Shown piece after piece: positions 13,438-24,959 of a DNA stretch of 64,000 nucleotides (position 1 is the stretch's first letter; each line of letters opens with the position of its first letter). The notes beneath the pieces are model-generated. The model was not told where the DNA came from. It ran no database searches and saw only the letters and a list, made by a program, of their open reading frames with translations. Source of the DNA: Mytilus californianus (Eukaryota); the NCBI RefSeq assembly GCF_021869535.1, contig NW_026262604.1, positions 36,766,001-36,830,000 on the forward strand, in the 5' to 3' direction. The position numbers and the translations under genes were made by a program.

Positions 13438-14119
13438 TTAGCCAATAACTGGTGGATGGATATTTCCATTCGTAGAACCAAAAACTGTCACTGGGTCTTT
13501 GTAAAAATTATTGAGAAAGTCATATTCCGCTGGGTGGCCTTTGTATGGTACCCATATTTCACAAGACTGACTGTTACATATGTTGAGCCATGCATGGATA
13601 TAACATATTCGTGCTGTACCATGTCCACTTTTTATTGGGTTTAATATATGGTCAGTCCAAAAACTGTGATGCGATTCAAGCCCATTTGAGAAAATTCCCG
13701 TTTCTGTTAGCGCAGCAATTTTACCTTTAGAATGCGCTAAATCTGTCAATATTTGCATTTTATGTTGAAAATCTGAGACGGTTGGATTGAATGGGCGGAC
13801 GAAGTAATAATCAAGACCCAGCATATCAACATATTCGTCTCCAGGGTAAAATGTAAGATATTCATCCGCAGTATTGAACGGTTTATCAGGTGAGTAAGCG
13901 AATAAAATATTGTGAACTTGTCTGATATCTCGCAAGTAATGGACTGTGAACTGGAACAGCTGTTTAAAATCGTCTGGCGTATTTTCCGTTTTTGAACTGG
14001 TTCCCCACCAAAACCAACCACCGTTCATTTCGTGATATGGTCTGAAGATAACTGGGATTGTGGAACCATGCGAATCTATCAAGCTCTTTATGAAATCTGC
14101 TACTCCGTCTAGAATTCCC
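13438..14119 (-). CDS. GH26 endo-beta-1,4-mannanase-like gene, last coding exon
   Basis: Open frame with RPYHEMNGGWFWWG (acid/base Glu at 14029-14031), YPGDEYVDMLGLDYY and AALTETG (nucleophile Glu at 13702-13704). Acceptor ttgcag|G in phase 2 matches the upstream donor. Confidence 0.93.
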
Positions 14120-14244
14120 CTGCAACATTTAAAAAGGTAATGTCTAGTAATGCTTTAATATCTTTTGTTTGTATTCTCGTTGTTGATTTGATATTCATCA
14201 TACATAATGTTATTTGTTGTCCAAATTATTTATGAATTTCGATA

Positions 14245-14750
14245 CGACATGACGGAACCATCAAAGAGTTGGTGCAAGATTTTTTTAAGTGCAGAGAACG
14301 TTGCGCTGTCTACACAAGGCATACGACTTAACGTGCAATTCTGATAGGACGCGAGTGCGTACTTGTACAATCGACACATCTAATCGAAAGCCATACTTAA
14401 TCAATTGATTGTTGGTTGATTAACGGTCAGTGGCAAATACTTTATTCATGTTCAGGATGAGACCGAATTCATGATAAATGATGATAAACAGGAAAATTTG
14501 GACTGCCACCGAAAAATGAGGGTAAATAGGATAGGTACAAAATTTAGCATTGTAACATGCCACATACGGACCCCTCAAAAGGGTTCTTAACGTGCAAAGA
14601 GCGTTGCATTCTCTTCTCCTGAGGCACCGGATTTAACATCCCCATTCTGACCGGACAGTCAAATGGATGCCCCCACTTTGGCAATTTGTTTTACTGACGG
14701 TCGTAGGAAGACCATTGGTGACATGTGTTTCTATTCACACAACCTTGGGT
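14245..14750 (-). mobile_element. Older diverged Meta-SINE remnants (two adjacent pieces)
   Basis: Degenerate matches to tail (ttgattgttggttgattaacggtcagtggcaaa), core (gggttcttaacgtgcaaagagcg) and head (aggaagaccattggtgac...ccttggg). Confidence 0.7.
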
Positions 14751-15032
14751 TTATGCCACACTTTAAAATTATCTGCCAGATAGAAGAAGACCTAAGTGAC
14801 AAAACGTTAAAATGTGCAGACTTGATGTAAAGAAAACTAAATTAGATCATTTAAACAACCGCTAGAAAACACATTTACATAAAACATCAATGTTTGAATA
14901 ACAGCACTCCTGAAGGAAACGCTTTAAGATATGTGTTCGCTGTCCTAATCGTAGTATCAACATTTCTGAAAACAAAATCTGGTTTTAGAACTTAAAAGGT
15001 AAATGCTCGGAAATTTAAAGTTACGTACGTAC

Positions 15033-15331
15033 TTAAATTTGGAATGTACACCACCATTTGGAAGTATCCGCCTAATTGAATGTCTTATGTCTTTTCCTGA
15101 CTTGTCATTATTGACCCATGGACTACCATCGGAAACTGGGTTTGAAAGATGCCAAGCAATCGTAATCAGTAGACCCCGGTCAGATGCTTTCTTTATAAGA
15201 TAAGCACTACGTTTTCTGTCATCTGCAGAAAATGTGCCTCCAACGTCAAACCCAATAACTGCTGGATATTCACCCGTAATAGATTTTATATCACTAAGTT
15301 CGTCTTCCGAATTCGAATCCACTTGGCCTGG
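15033..15331 (-). CDS. GH26 gene, internal coding exon
   Basis: PGQVDSNSEDELSDIKSITGEYPAVIGFD...LITIAWHLSNP...GVHSKF(K). Acceptor ttacattgcag|CCA is phase 0 and donor AA|gtacgt is phase 2. Confidence 0.9.
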
Positions 15332-15984
15332 CTGCAATGTAAATAGCAAATCTTCAAATAAAAAAATATTAACAGTCCACCTCCCCTAGGACAATGAGTT
15401 AAAATTACACAGATATAATATACAAAAAAACTTCAACTGCAATTAAAGAAACTAAACGTGGTGGAAAATATTATTTTCTAATACTATTAATTAACATTGC
15501 CTACAACCACACAGAAAACATTGCAAATTATGACGTTTGTCTAATATGAATTTTCAGTCAGACAATGGATAGGTTGAAATCACGTGAAATCAGACGATGA
15601 TTTATACATATATATATAGATGTCTTTAAACAAAACCAAACAGCAAATTTAATTTGTACCATATCGGCTTGAATAGGCATTACTGCGCAAATATAAGATA
15701 GCAATATACGGAAAAGATGATATAAAATCGTGGTACAATGTATAAAAAATATTTCGGTAGAACATATCGAAGTCCTTTATCTAGTCAATGTTGTGTAATC
15801 ATACTGTACTAGTTGTTTATGTTTTTAAAAAAAATAGCTCAGAAATACAGGTAAATTTTGAACTATTGATTTAATCCGAAATCCTGAACCTCATAAAACA
15901 AAACTCACTAAAAGACCAGCGTGGTTACGTATCAAAACATCCTAGTTGTCAAAATGTATACGTGGTAGTTTGAGTAAATATCTA

Positions 15985-16470
15985 TCATATATAATAGATG
16001 AGCACTTCTATCAAACGTTATACCTAAAGGGTCACTTAGGTCACCTACCGACTGGTAGAAAAAAAACTCTTGCCAAAGTTGGGCATCAGTTTGGCTGTGA
16101 GGGATATACAAGTTCACAGCGATGTCCAATCAAAACCGATCCTTAGGTGGCTTGAACAGTCTAAGATCGAATAATGAAGCTTTGAGCAAATCGAATTTCT
16201 AAAATATGTTGATTTATTGATTGGTTGCTTAACGTCCAGTGGCAAACATTTTATGCATTTTCAAGACAAGTACAAATTAACAATAAATGCAATACATAGA
16301 GCATGGCACTCTCTACACGAATCATCAGATTAAGCGTCCCCAATCTGACCGGTCTTGGCTGCATACTTATATATCCGCACAGCTTAACGGACACCTTACT
16401 TTGGCAAGGTTTTTACTGCTGGTCGGAGGAAGAAATGAAGTGACCATATTTCTATTTCCCGGTGACCCCT
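15985..16470. mobile_element. Older diverged Meta-SINE fragments (one plus, about 15985-16145; one minus, about 16215-16470)
   Basis: Degenerate matches such as tttggctgtgagggatatacaagttc and ttgattggttgcttaacgtccagtggcaaac...ggtcggaggaaga. Confidence 0.65.
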
Positions 16471-16543
16471 GACTATTTAAAATAACGTGACATGAAAGCA
16501 GTTCCGGTACACGGACGTTGATATGAATTATTACTTACTTGGA

Positions 16544-16961
16544 TTGATTGATTGACTGTTGGTTGCTTAACGTCCAGTGGCAAATATTTCATGCATATTC
16601 AGGTCGAGAACAAGTTCACAATAAATACAAAAGGTAGGTTCTGTAATAGATTAAGGGATTAAGGTCGGAGAAATTTAGACACGGGAAATGAGGGTATATT
16701 GGATAGGGACAGAAATTTAGCCTTGCAACAGGTCACCTACGGACCCCTCAAAGAGTTGTTGCAAGGGTTCTTAACGTGCAAAGAGCATGGCACTCTCTTA
16801 ACACGAGGCATCGGATTTAACGTCCCCATTCTGACCGGACGTGGCTGCAAATTTGTACATCCCGCACAGCCAAACGGACGCCCCACTTTGACGAGGGTTT
16901 TACCGCCGGTCGGAGGAAGACCAATGGTGACCATACTTCTATTCCCCAGTCACCCTTGGGG
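16544..16961 (-). mobile_element. Meta-domain SINE inserted at the GH26 exon/intron donor junction
   Basis: TSD tacttacttgga at 16532-16543 and 16982-16993 contains the donor (CAA|GTAAGTA on minus). There are 20 extra nt (16962-16981) at the SINE 5' junction. Confidence 0.9.
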
Positions 16962-16988
16962 ATTTTATGACTTGCAGACAGTACTTAC

Positions 16989-17240
16989 TTGGAACAACCA
17001 ACCTTGAATCCCGCCATCATGTGGACTACCAAGTTTCCAGTATGGATTATGATATCCGTATGCTCCCATCATTGTGTCTTGTTGGTGTCCGAACAGTATT
17101 TTACCCGTATTATGGGTAATATTCATAAGTTGGTTGAAAATAAGTTTTGTTTCTGCTGTTGCATTATGGTCTACTGGTGCAGCAGTGGAAAATGAAACTA
17201 TCAGCACCGGAAAATAAACCAAGACCAACTCTAAGCCTAG
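16989..17240 (-). CDS. GH26 gene, signal-peptide-encoding exon
   Basis: LGLELVLVYFPVLIVSFSTA-APVDHNATAETKLIFNQL...KILFGHQQDT...GWLFQ. Acceptor tattttacag|CTA and donor CAA|gtaagt, both phase 0. AT.ETK.L and ILFGHQ are typical GH26 N-terminal motifs. Confidence 0.88.
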
Positions 17241-17559
17241 CTGTAAAATAAAACAAAATTAATTTAACAAATGTGTTACCTTGTTTTTGTCGGGGATCGT
17301 CTATACAGCAAATAGAGGAATGATAGATTGCTTGTTTGCTTTAGGTGCAGTGGCAAATATTGTCTACATGTTCCAGAAGATTCAAGACAAGAGTAAGTCC
17401 TGAAATATGGATCGACGAAGAACGAAAGGCTAGTATGATGGTGAGAAAATTTGGACTGCCAATGTATTGGATAGGGACAGAAATGTTGCCTAGCAAAAGG
17501 CTTCCTATGACCCATCAATTTGAATTTTCCAACAAGCACAATGAAAAGCAGAAAAAACA

Positions 17560-17945
17560 GATAAAAGGTTAAATCACAAAAATACTGAACTCCGAGGAAA
17601 ATTCAAAACGGAAAGTCCCTAATCAAATGGCAAAATCAAAAGCACAAACACATCAAACTAATGGACAATAACTGTCATATTCCTGACTTGTACAGGCATT
17701 TTCTTATGTAGAAAATGGTAGATTGAGCCTGGTTTTATAGCGCTAAACCTCTCACTTGTATGACAGTCGCATCAAATTCCATTATATTGACATCGATGCG
17801 TGAATAAAACAAGCAGACATAATTGGTAAAAATGTAATAATAGGGGTATAGCAGTCAACACAGTGTCACAATCTTAATCACAACAAAAACAAAAAAATAT
17901 TTAACAAAAAAGCACAAAAAAGCATATATCACATTTAACAACCTC
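17560..17945 (+). repeat. Mytilus-type dispersed repeat
   Basis: aatactgaactccgaggaaaattcaaaacggaaagtccctaatcaaatggcaaaatc...; a reverse-oriented partial copy lies at about 54350-54535. Confidence 0.65.
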
Positions 17946-18170
17946 GTTCATTGCTTACTTATTTTTGTATTTTACTTATGTATGTCAAATCAACCCATAA
18001 AGGATCGAGGGATTTTAAGCACTGGGATCGAATCGTAATTTTAACATTAACTCTGGCGTAGAATCGCGTGTTTGACGTCAGAATGTAAACGTCAATTTCC
18101 ATTGATTTTTAGTAATACAAATACTGCCTTCCCTACCTAATTTTCGTTGAAATCTTTAATATCTGGTTAA

Positions 18171-18592
18171 CCCCAAGGTCGACTGGGGTATAGAAGTATG
18201 GTCACCATTGGTCTTCCTCCGACCGGCAGTAAAACCCGTGCTAAAGTGGGGCGTCCGTTTGGCTGTGCGGGATGTACAAATTTGCAGTCACGTCCGGTCA
18301 GAATGGGGACGTTAAATCCGATGCCTCGTGTAAAGAGAATGCCACGCTCTTTGCACGTTAAGAACCCTTGCAACAACTCTTTGAGGGGTCCGTAGGTGAC
18401 CTGTTACAAGGCTAAATTTCTGTCCCTATCCAATATACCCTCATTTCCCGTGGCAGTCTAAATTTCTCCGACCTTAATCCCTTAATCTATTACAGATCCT
18501 ACCTATTGTATTTATTGTGAACTTGTTCTCGTCCTGAATATGCATGAAATATTTGCCACTGGACGTTAAGCAACCAACAATCAATCAATCAA
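18171..18592 (+). mobile_element. Meta-domain SINE, full-length, 12-bp TSD
   Basis: TSD ttaatatctggt at 18156-18167 and 18593-18604. Confidence 0.9.
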
Positions 18593-18702
18593 TTAATATC
18601 TGGTAAATAATATCAAAATCTGTATTTAGAGGCCGATTTTTGAAATGAAAAAAAATCGTTTGCCCTATCCACTTAAAACAATTTCGGTCTTGAAATAACG
18701 GA

Positions 18703-19125
18703 TTGATTGATTGTTGGTTGCTTAACGTCAAGTGGCAAATATTTCATGCATATTCAGGACGAGAACAAATTAACAATAAATACAAAAGGTAGGTTCTGTA
18801 ATAGGGGCTTCCGGGATCAAGGTCGGAGAAATTCAAACTGCCACGGGAAATGAGGGTATGTTGGATAGGGACAGAAATTTAGCCTTGCAACGGGTCACCT
18901 ACGGACCCCTCAAAGAGTTGTTGCAAGGGTTCTTAACGTGCAACGAGCGTGGCACTCTCTTTACACGAGGCATCGGTTTTAACGTCCCCATTCTGACCGG
19001 ACGTGGCTGCAAATTTGTACATCCCGCACAGCCAAACGGACGCCCCACTTTAGCAAGGGTTTTACTGCCGGTCGGAGGAAGACCAATGGTGACCATACTT
19101 CTATTCCCCAGTCACCCTTGGGGGG
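18703..19125 (-). mobile_element. Meta-domain SINE, full-length, 12-bp TSD
   Basis: TSD tgaaataacgga at 18691-18702 and 19126-19137. Tail-to-tail with the 18171 copy, 110 bp apart. Confidence 0.9.
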
Positions 19126-19618
19126 TGAAATAACGGACGCGACGTTGAGAGACAAGTAAGCATATTCTTATGGGAAAACCGTGCATGTGCTGACATGTAC
19201 ATGTAGATGTCATTATGTTTTATGCCCATAATATTTGTAAGTATAACACTACTTTAGTACACAACCACTTGTGCAGTGCAGTGACAAACAATGACAAATA
19301 AAAGTAAGATAATAATTGAGCTTTCTCCAATCTTTTCTTAGTATAATTGTAAATCTTTTGAGGATGTGATTAATTCAGTTTTCTGTCTTTTACGTCAACA
19401 TTAGAAATCTCTTTAATAACGGGAATGTCATATCTTTGTTATTCTTTACTTCCCCTTGAGGTACCACTGTAGGCGTCCTACCATGACATGACTTCCCTGC
19501 TTCATTCTAAGAAGTCTCTAGTGTTTAGATGACTCTGGGGAATGTCCAATATCACCATTCAACTTGAACTTGCCAACGTAAGTAACAAAATAAATATTAG
19601 TATGTGGTATATGCTTAC

Positions 19619-19621
19619 CAT
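19619..19621 (-). CDS. Putative first coding exon of the GH26 gene (ATG only)
   Basis: Minus strand reads aatcaaATG|gtaagc, a phase-0 donor compatible with the next exon, giving MLGLELVLV... This is inferred, with no transcript evidence. Confidence 0.5.
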
Positions 19622-20769
19622 TTGATTAACTGTTAGTAGTGTTACCTGTACACATTGAAGGTTATGTCAGTTGTTGTATTATCTTGTCACAACGAGTTCA
19701 AAATTATCTATACTGAAATCATGTTAAATTTGAGGAAATATAATTTAAAAATAGCCAGTGCTTCGGTACTATTATTTGATTGACACCTCTTGCCTTCATA
19801 CAACTAGCTTATTAATAATATACTAGTGCAAATATTAAATTGGAATATCCCCTCAGACAAACTTGACCGTAGACGGTTTAACTAATTAAATATTACACAT
19901 TTACGTACTCTTAAGACAGTTATTTGAACATTGTTGTACGGCGAAGAAGTAAATTTCTCCAAGAAATCAGACCAAAATGACGTTTCATTAGTCATTTTGA
20001 ATAAAATACTAGATCAATATACAGCTTTAGATGTTCGAGATGTGCATTTGTATTTAATGTCCCCAATCCGACCAAACGTGTCTTGATTGTTGTATTGACC
20101 AATTGAAAATAGTTTTCACGACGTTTAAAACATGATCATTGGCTTCGATTCCGACCAATATATTTTGATATTTTCGTATTATCCAATAGACAAAAAACTA
20201 AACGTATACCATATAAATATGAAAGTTTTATTTAGAAAATGATACAAAAATGAAATTTCTTACTTTAAAGATTTGTCGAAAAAGAAATTTTGGTAGTCGG
20301 CCACTCATTCGTTAGTAAATTCTCCCTTTGCATTGGTTTTGTAATTCATCTTCGGTAGCCAAGGGTTACGATCCAGTCACCTTCTTTCCATCCTTGGCAG
20401 ATTGAGCCAACATTTGTGATTACAATTCTGCGTCATCTTCCGGAAGATAAAAGTCACGCCCATTCTGACGTCTTCATTCTTGACCAATGGCTGCACTTGA
20501 ACTTTCTTCAGTGTAGAAGTGTAAAAATGATTCTGTCTAGTGTTTGAAAATTTCGTAAAGCAGGAAATGAAAACATATGTTGACATTCCAACATCTCTGC
20601 AAAAAAATATAACCAGGAACTTCAATTAGTTAATTCAGAACTTTAAAATTGTCACCAAATATCGTTCTTCGTTTTGGGGGTATAGACTTGTTAAATGTAA
20701 AAAAAACCATGCCATAGATGCATTTTTCCTTTCAGGTTATTAAAAGTAATTAAGTAATATTTAGAACTT

Positions 20770-22008
20770 TATATCTTATCAAGTTAAACATTATGGATGC
20801 TGAAAATTGGCTACGCGACTTGTATAACGATAGAAACTGTGAAAATTGAAATAAACTTAGGACGTTTAGACAGTACAAAAGTTATCTTGAGCCAAGCAGT
20901 TATGTGAAATCCGCCAAGTTTAGAGACTACCGTAGAACTTTATCAAACTTTCGTTGTGGCTCCTTACCACGCGCCATTGAAACCGGCCGTTACACCAAGC
21001 AAGTTACACCTTTAAATGAACGAATTTGTCAGTTTTGTGATGGAAATCCGATTGAAACTGAACAACATTTTTCAATGAACTGTAATTTTTTTTCGGACTT
21101 GAAAGATAAACTTTTAAATTCATCCATTCTATCAAATGATGTTTTTATTACCTGTAGTGAAGAAGTGAAATTTAATTATATTATGAGCTGTGATGAAATT
21201 CTATTTTTATTAGCTAAAACATTGCATTTGATGTTTAAGATTGATTGATTGTTGGTTGCTTAACGTCCAGTGGCAAATAGTTCATGCATATTCAGGACGA
21301 GAACAAGTTCACAATAAATACAATAGGTAGGTTCTGTAATAGATTAGGGATTATGGTCGGAGAAATTTAGACTGCCACGGGAAATGAGGGTATATTGGAT
21401 AGGGACAGAAATTTAGCCTTGCAACAGGTCACCTACGGACCCCTCAAAGAGTTGTTGCAAGGGTTCTTAACGTGCAAAGAGCGTGGCACTCTCTTTACAC
21501 GAGGCATCGGATTTAACGTCCCCATTCTGACCGGACGTGGCTGCAAATTTGTACATCCCGCACAGCCAAACGGACGCCCCACTTTAGCACGGGTTTTACT
21601 GCCGGTCGGAGGAAGACCAATGGTGACCATACTTCTATTCTCCAGTCACCCTTGGGGGTGATGTTTAAGAGGAGACAGATAAATTTATAACTTTAAAAGA
21701 GTTTAAATTTATAATTATTATTTATTAGCATATTATTTTAGATTTTAAAATCAATTCTACTTTTTTTGTTCTATTAAGTGAAAAATTTTTGATCTAAGAA
21801 GTAATTGATTTGTATTTTTAAATAAATTTTAATTTTGAAAATGCTTGAAATTGTGAATGCAATTAATGAACATGAGGTAAAAGTGTCTCATATGTCTTTT
21901 AAGGCAGGAATCTAATATATTTTTATGCTGCTTTTATCTGATGTATAATATATTATGTATAATGTTAGATTGTGACACTGTAATAAACTAATTACTTACT
22001 TACTTACT
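20770..22008 (+). mobile_element. 5'-truncated CR1-group (CR1/L2/Crack/Daphne-like) LINE 3' end
   Basis: NKLRTFRQYK..LE...Y...FRCGSLPRAIETGRY....LNERICQFCD...IETEQHF..NC; the ORF resumes after the SINE (LMFKRRQINL*). Ends AATAAA (21982) plus (TACT)n tail. Confidence 0.8.
21241..21658 (-). mobile_element. Meta-domain SINE, full-length, 12-bp TSD
   Basis: TSD tgatgtttaaga at 21229-21240 and 21659-21670. Confidence 0.9.
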
Positions 22009-22629
22009 CTTATTTCTCTATGTTAGATAATTTTGAAGATTTGTTAATTATTAAAAATTTGCTTTATTTTGGAATTAAGTTTCGTTTTTTGTTGACTAGT
22101 TTAATGGAACTTTTCTTAACTAAATAAACTATGGCTAATTACAAATATTTGATTATGTCACACTTGTCTCCGAGTATTTCTCTTTTTCTAAGTTATTGTC
22201 TAATTAGGTAGACTGATGCTATTTGATAATTGAGTTTAATCCTTTAATTGCCTTTGATCATATTTTCTATTCATAATTTGACATTTGAAATTTTTTATAT
22301 AGAATTATATAATTATTCGAATTAATTTATAACTTACTTGTCACGTCGAGCTCTTCTCAATTATGGTATAAATAGCGCATAGAAATTTTGATACTTCATT
22401 CGGGTTGTGAGTCTAATATCATCACGGTCGTGTTTTTCATAGCACTGCACTGAATTTAGATTTTGATTATATTCTGTGTTTATTTTGTCTTATTTTTTCA
22501 GATATTTATTTGACTTTATATATATTTTTTTTAGTATAGACTGCTATCTAAATCATTCATTCGGTGTTATTATAGCTAATATTTTCAGATATTCAAAGTT
22601 TTTGTTTTTCTGAAGTGTCTACCATTATC

Positions 22630-24070
22630 CTTTGTTGTCCGACATTATGGACAACACAAGTTCTGGTCAGTTCGATACTGACGAATTTTATAGTTCACTA
22701 AATGATACCGACTCGACATATATGGAATCCTCTGATTATGACAAACAAGGTTGGTCTACACAGAGGAAGAGACGTAACAGAATGGCAAGTACATCCCTCT
22801 ATATGATAATATCCTCCTAAATACACAGCCCCTCTCCTTCAGTAAATGGCAATCAATATTTATTAGTTCTACAAAGTGTTGACCCAGAAATTAAACTAAG
22901 CACCTAAAACCAAATTAAAATCCAAAAGATTCTCCTTGATTCAATTGGTACCCCTTAAAGAATCAAACCACTTAACAGCCTGGTACCTTCGATAACTATT
23001 AACAGTGGCAAAGTATTAGAGTATAGTATAATGACAAGGCGCAGTGAAAACAACTACCATGAATACAGCGCATAAAACTTATTTGTGAATTGCAAATTAG
23101 GAGAACATGCCCAAATTTACAACGTGGCTCTTGGCGTGAATGTCGAAGATGAAGATAAAATGTCGGTGTTAAAAGCCCAGAAAGTTAATAAAGTACAAAG
23201 GATGTCATACTCTAACAAAGAACTCGGAGAAAGAAAATCTTCTAAATTCTAAAAATTGTTTTTTCAGACACCCCAAATGCCATTAATATTGGTTATAAAA
23301 CATACTATGCCATATTATTTGTACCAAAACCAATACAATGTTTTAAGTGTAAGGGGTTTGGACATATTGCAAATCAATGCAGGAATAAGAAAAAAAATGT
23401 ATAAAATGTGGAAAGGAACAACAAACCAGCAGTGTATATCTAGATTTTTGAAATGTGTAAATTGTAAGGCCAATCATATGTCTAATGACAAGGAATGTCC
23501 TCAAAGGACTCAACAATAAATGGCCCTTAATCAAGTGAAGTAAAAAAAAAAATCACTGCAACAAGCAACTAGCCAACTTAAAACTAATGAACATCTTTAA
23601 GTAATCTTAAAAGTATCTGACAAAACCACCAAAGGTCAGCAATCGAGATCACCTAAAAAAGATAAGTGCACCACCCAAGTCTTTTATACTGTAGTAAGTG
23701 TAGTCATGCACCAGACAATGATCTCTTCTACTAAATTCATAGACTTTACTTTAAAGTCAATAATGGGTTTTGTAGGAATAGTTGTCAAACAAATGTTTGG
23801 GTCTCATTTTGACCTACCACTAGGTTTAGAAATGGCTGAAATGATATACTTTGATACTTGTTATATTATAACTATTAAACATTAAAAATGGCTACAAAGT
23901 ATACAACATATTTATCATGTTTATTATTATATATCATAATGTTCAGTATTGTTCATTGGAACTGTCGTGGCATTAACAATAATGCTGCAGAGTATATATC
24001 TATGTCACAATTTAAACCAGATATAATTTGCTTCCAGGAAACCTGGTGTAAAAACTTTTCTTGTATTAAT
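22630..24070 (+). mobile_element. Decayed I-group LINE relic (ORF1 pieces and APE N-terminus)
   Basis: KCVNCKANHMSNDKECP zinc knuckle at about 23450-23510; MFSIVHWNCRGI...PDIICFQETW at about 23938-24045. Confidence 0.7.
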
Positions 24071-24189
24071 GCCATACATAATAGAGCATGCAGATTTTTT
24101 CTTAAGGGTTGGTAAATATACTCCAAATGCTGCAGTAAATATACTCCAAATGCTGCAGTTGCCGGGGATATGGGGTGGATACCTATCTT

Positions 24190-24640
24190 TCAAAAACAAA
24201 TGCAATTCTTAATTCGACTATGATGCCGTTTGAACAATACGAGTTATTATTGGTTAAACAGAAAAGCGTTCATGTTGGAAGACATTATGAGAGAAAAACA
24301 TAATTATAAAAAATTGGAATTTTTATGTAAGGAAAACATTTTCTGAGTGTAATGCAGAACATTTGTGTATCATTACTGAATATGTTGATAGAACCTCAGT
24401 AGTCAATAATATTTTGTCTAAATTGTTTAGTAAAAATGTTTATCAGTGGCAATGCAATTTACAGTCAGAGAAAGCTTTATCTGGTAAAGAAGATAACAAA
24501 CATCGAACATATAATTGATTTAAGAACAGTTTTGAAACGGAAACTAATTGTAAAATCAAAATGCCATTTTCGCAAAGGAGTTCTTTTGCCAAATTTCGAT
24601 GTGGTGTAACACCACTAAGAATCGAAACGGGGAGATTTGG
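24190..24640 (+). mobile_element. CR1-group LINE ORF2 C-terminal fragment
   Basis: QRSSFAKFRCGVTPLRIETGRF motif (read on the plus strand at about 24570-24640). Confidence 0.6.
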
Positions 24641-24959
24641 AAAATTACTTTAAAAGGATTAATTTGGTCTGTGATAACCAAATATGTATAAATTGCCATA
24701 CACCCGAAATAATTGGTATAGGTAAGGTGTGAATAATAATTAATTGTCATCAAAAGGACAAAAATAGTAATACAAGAGTATGATATCACCTATACCTGTA
24801 TACTTTATTAGGTTTTTATAGTGGAAATGCCGAAATTGAAAATAAATGTGAATTGAGCTAGCAAAATTTAACAATTTGTGTTTATTTTTTATTATTATTT
24901 ATTTTGTGCTATATATTTTATTTCTATTTTTATTTTTAAACCATATTTTTTTCTAAAAA

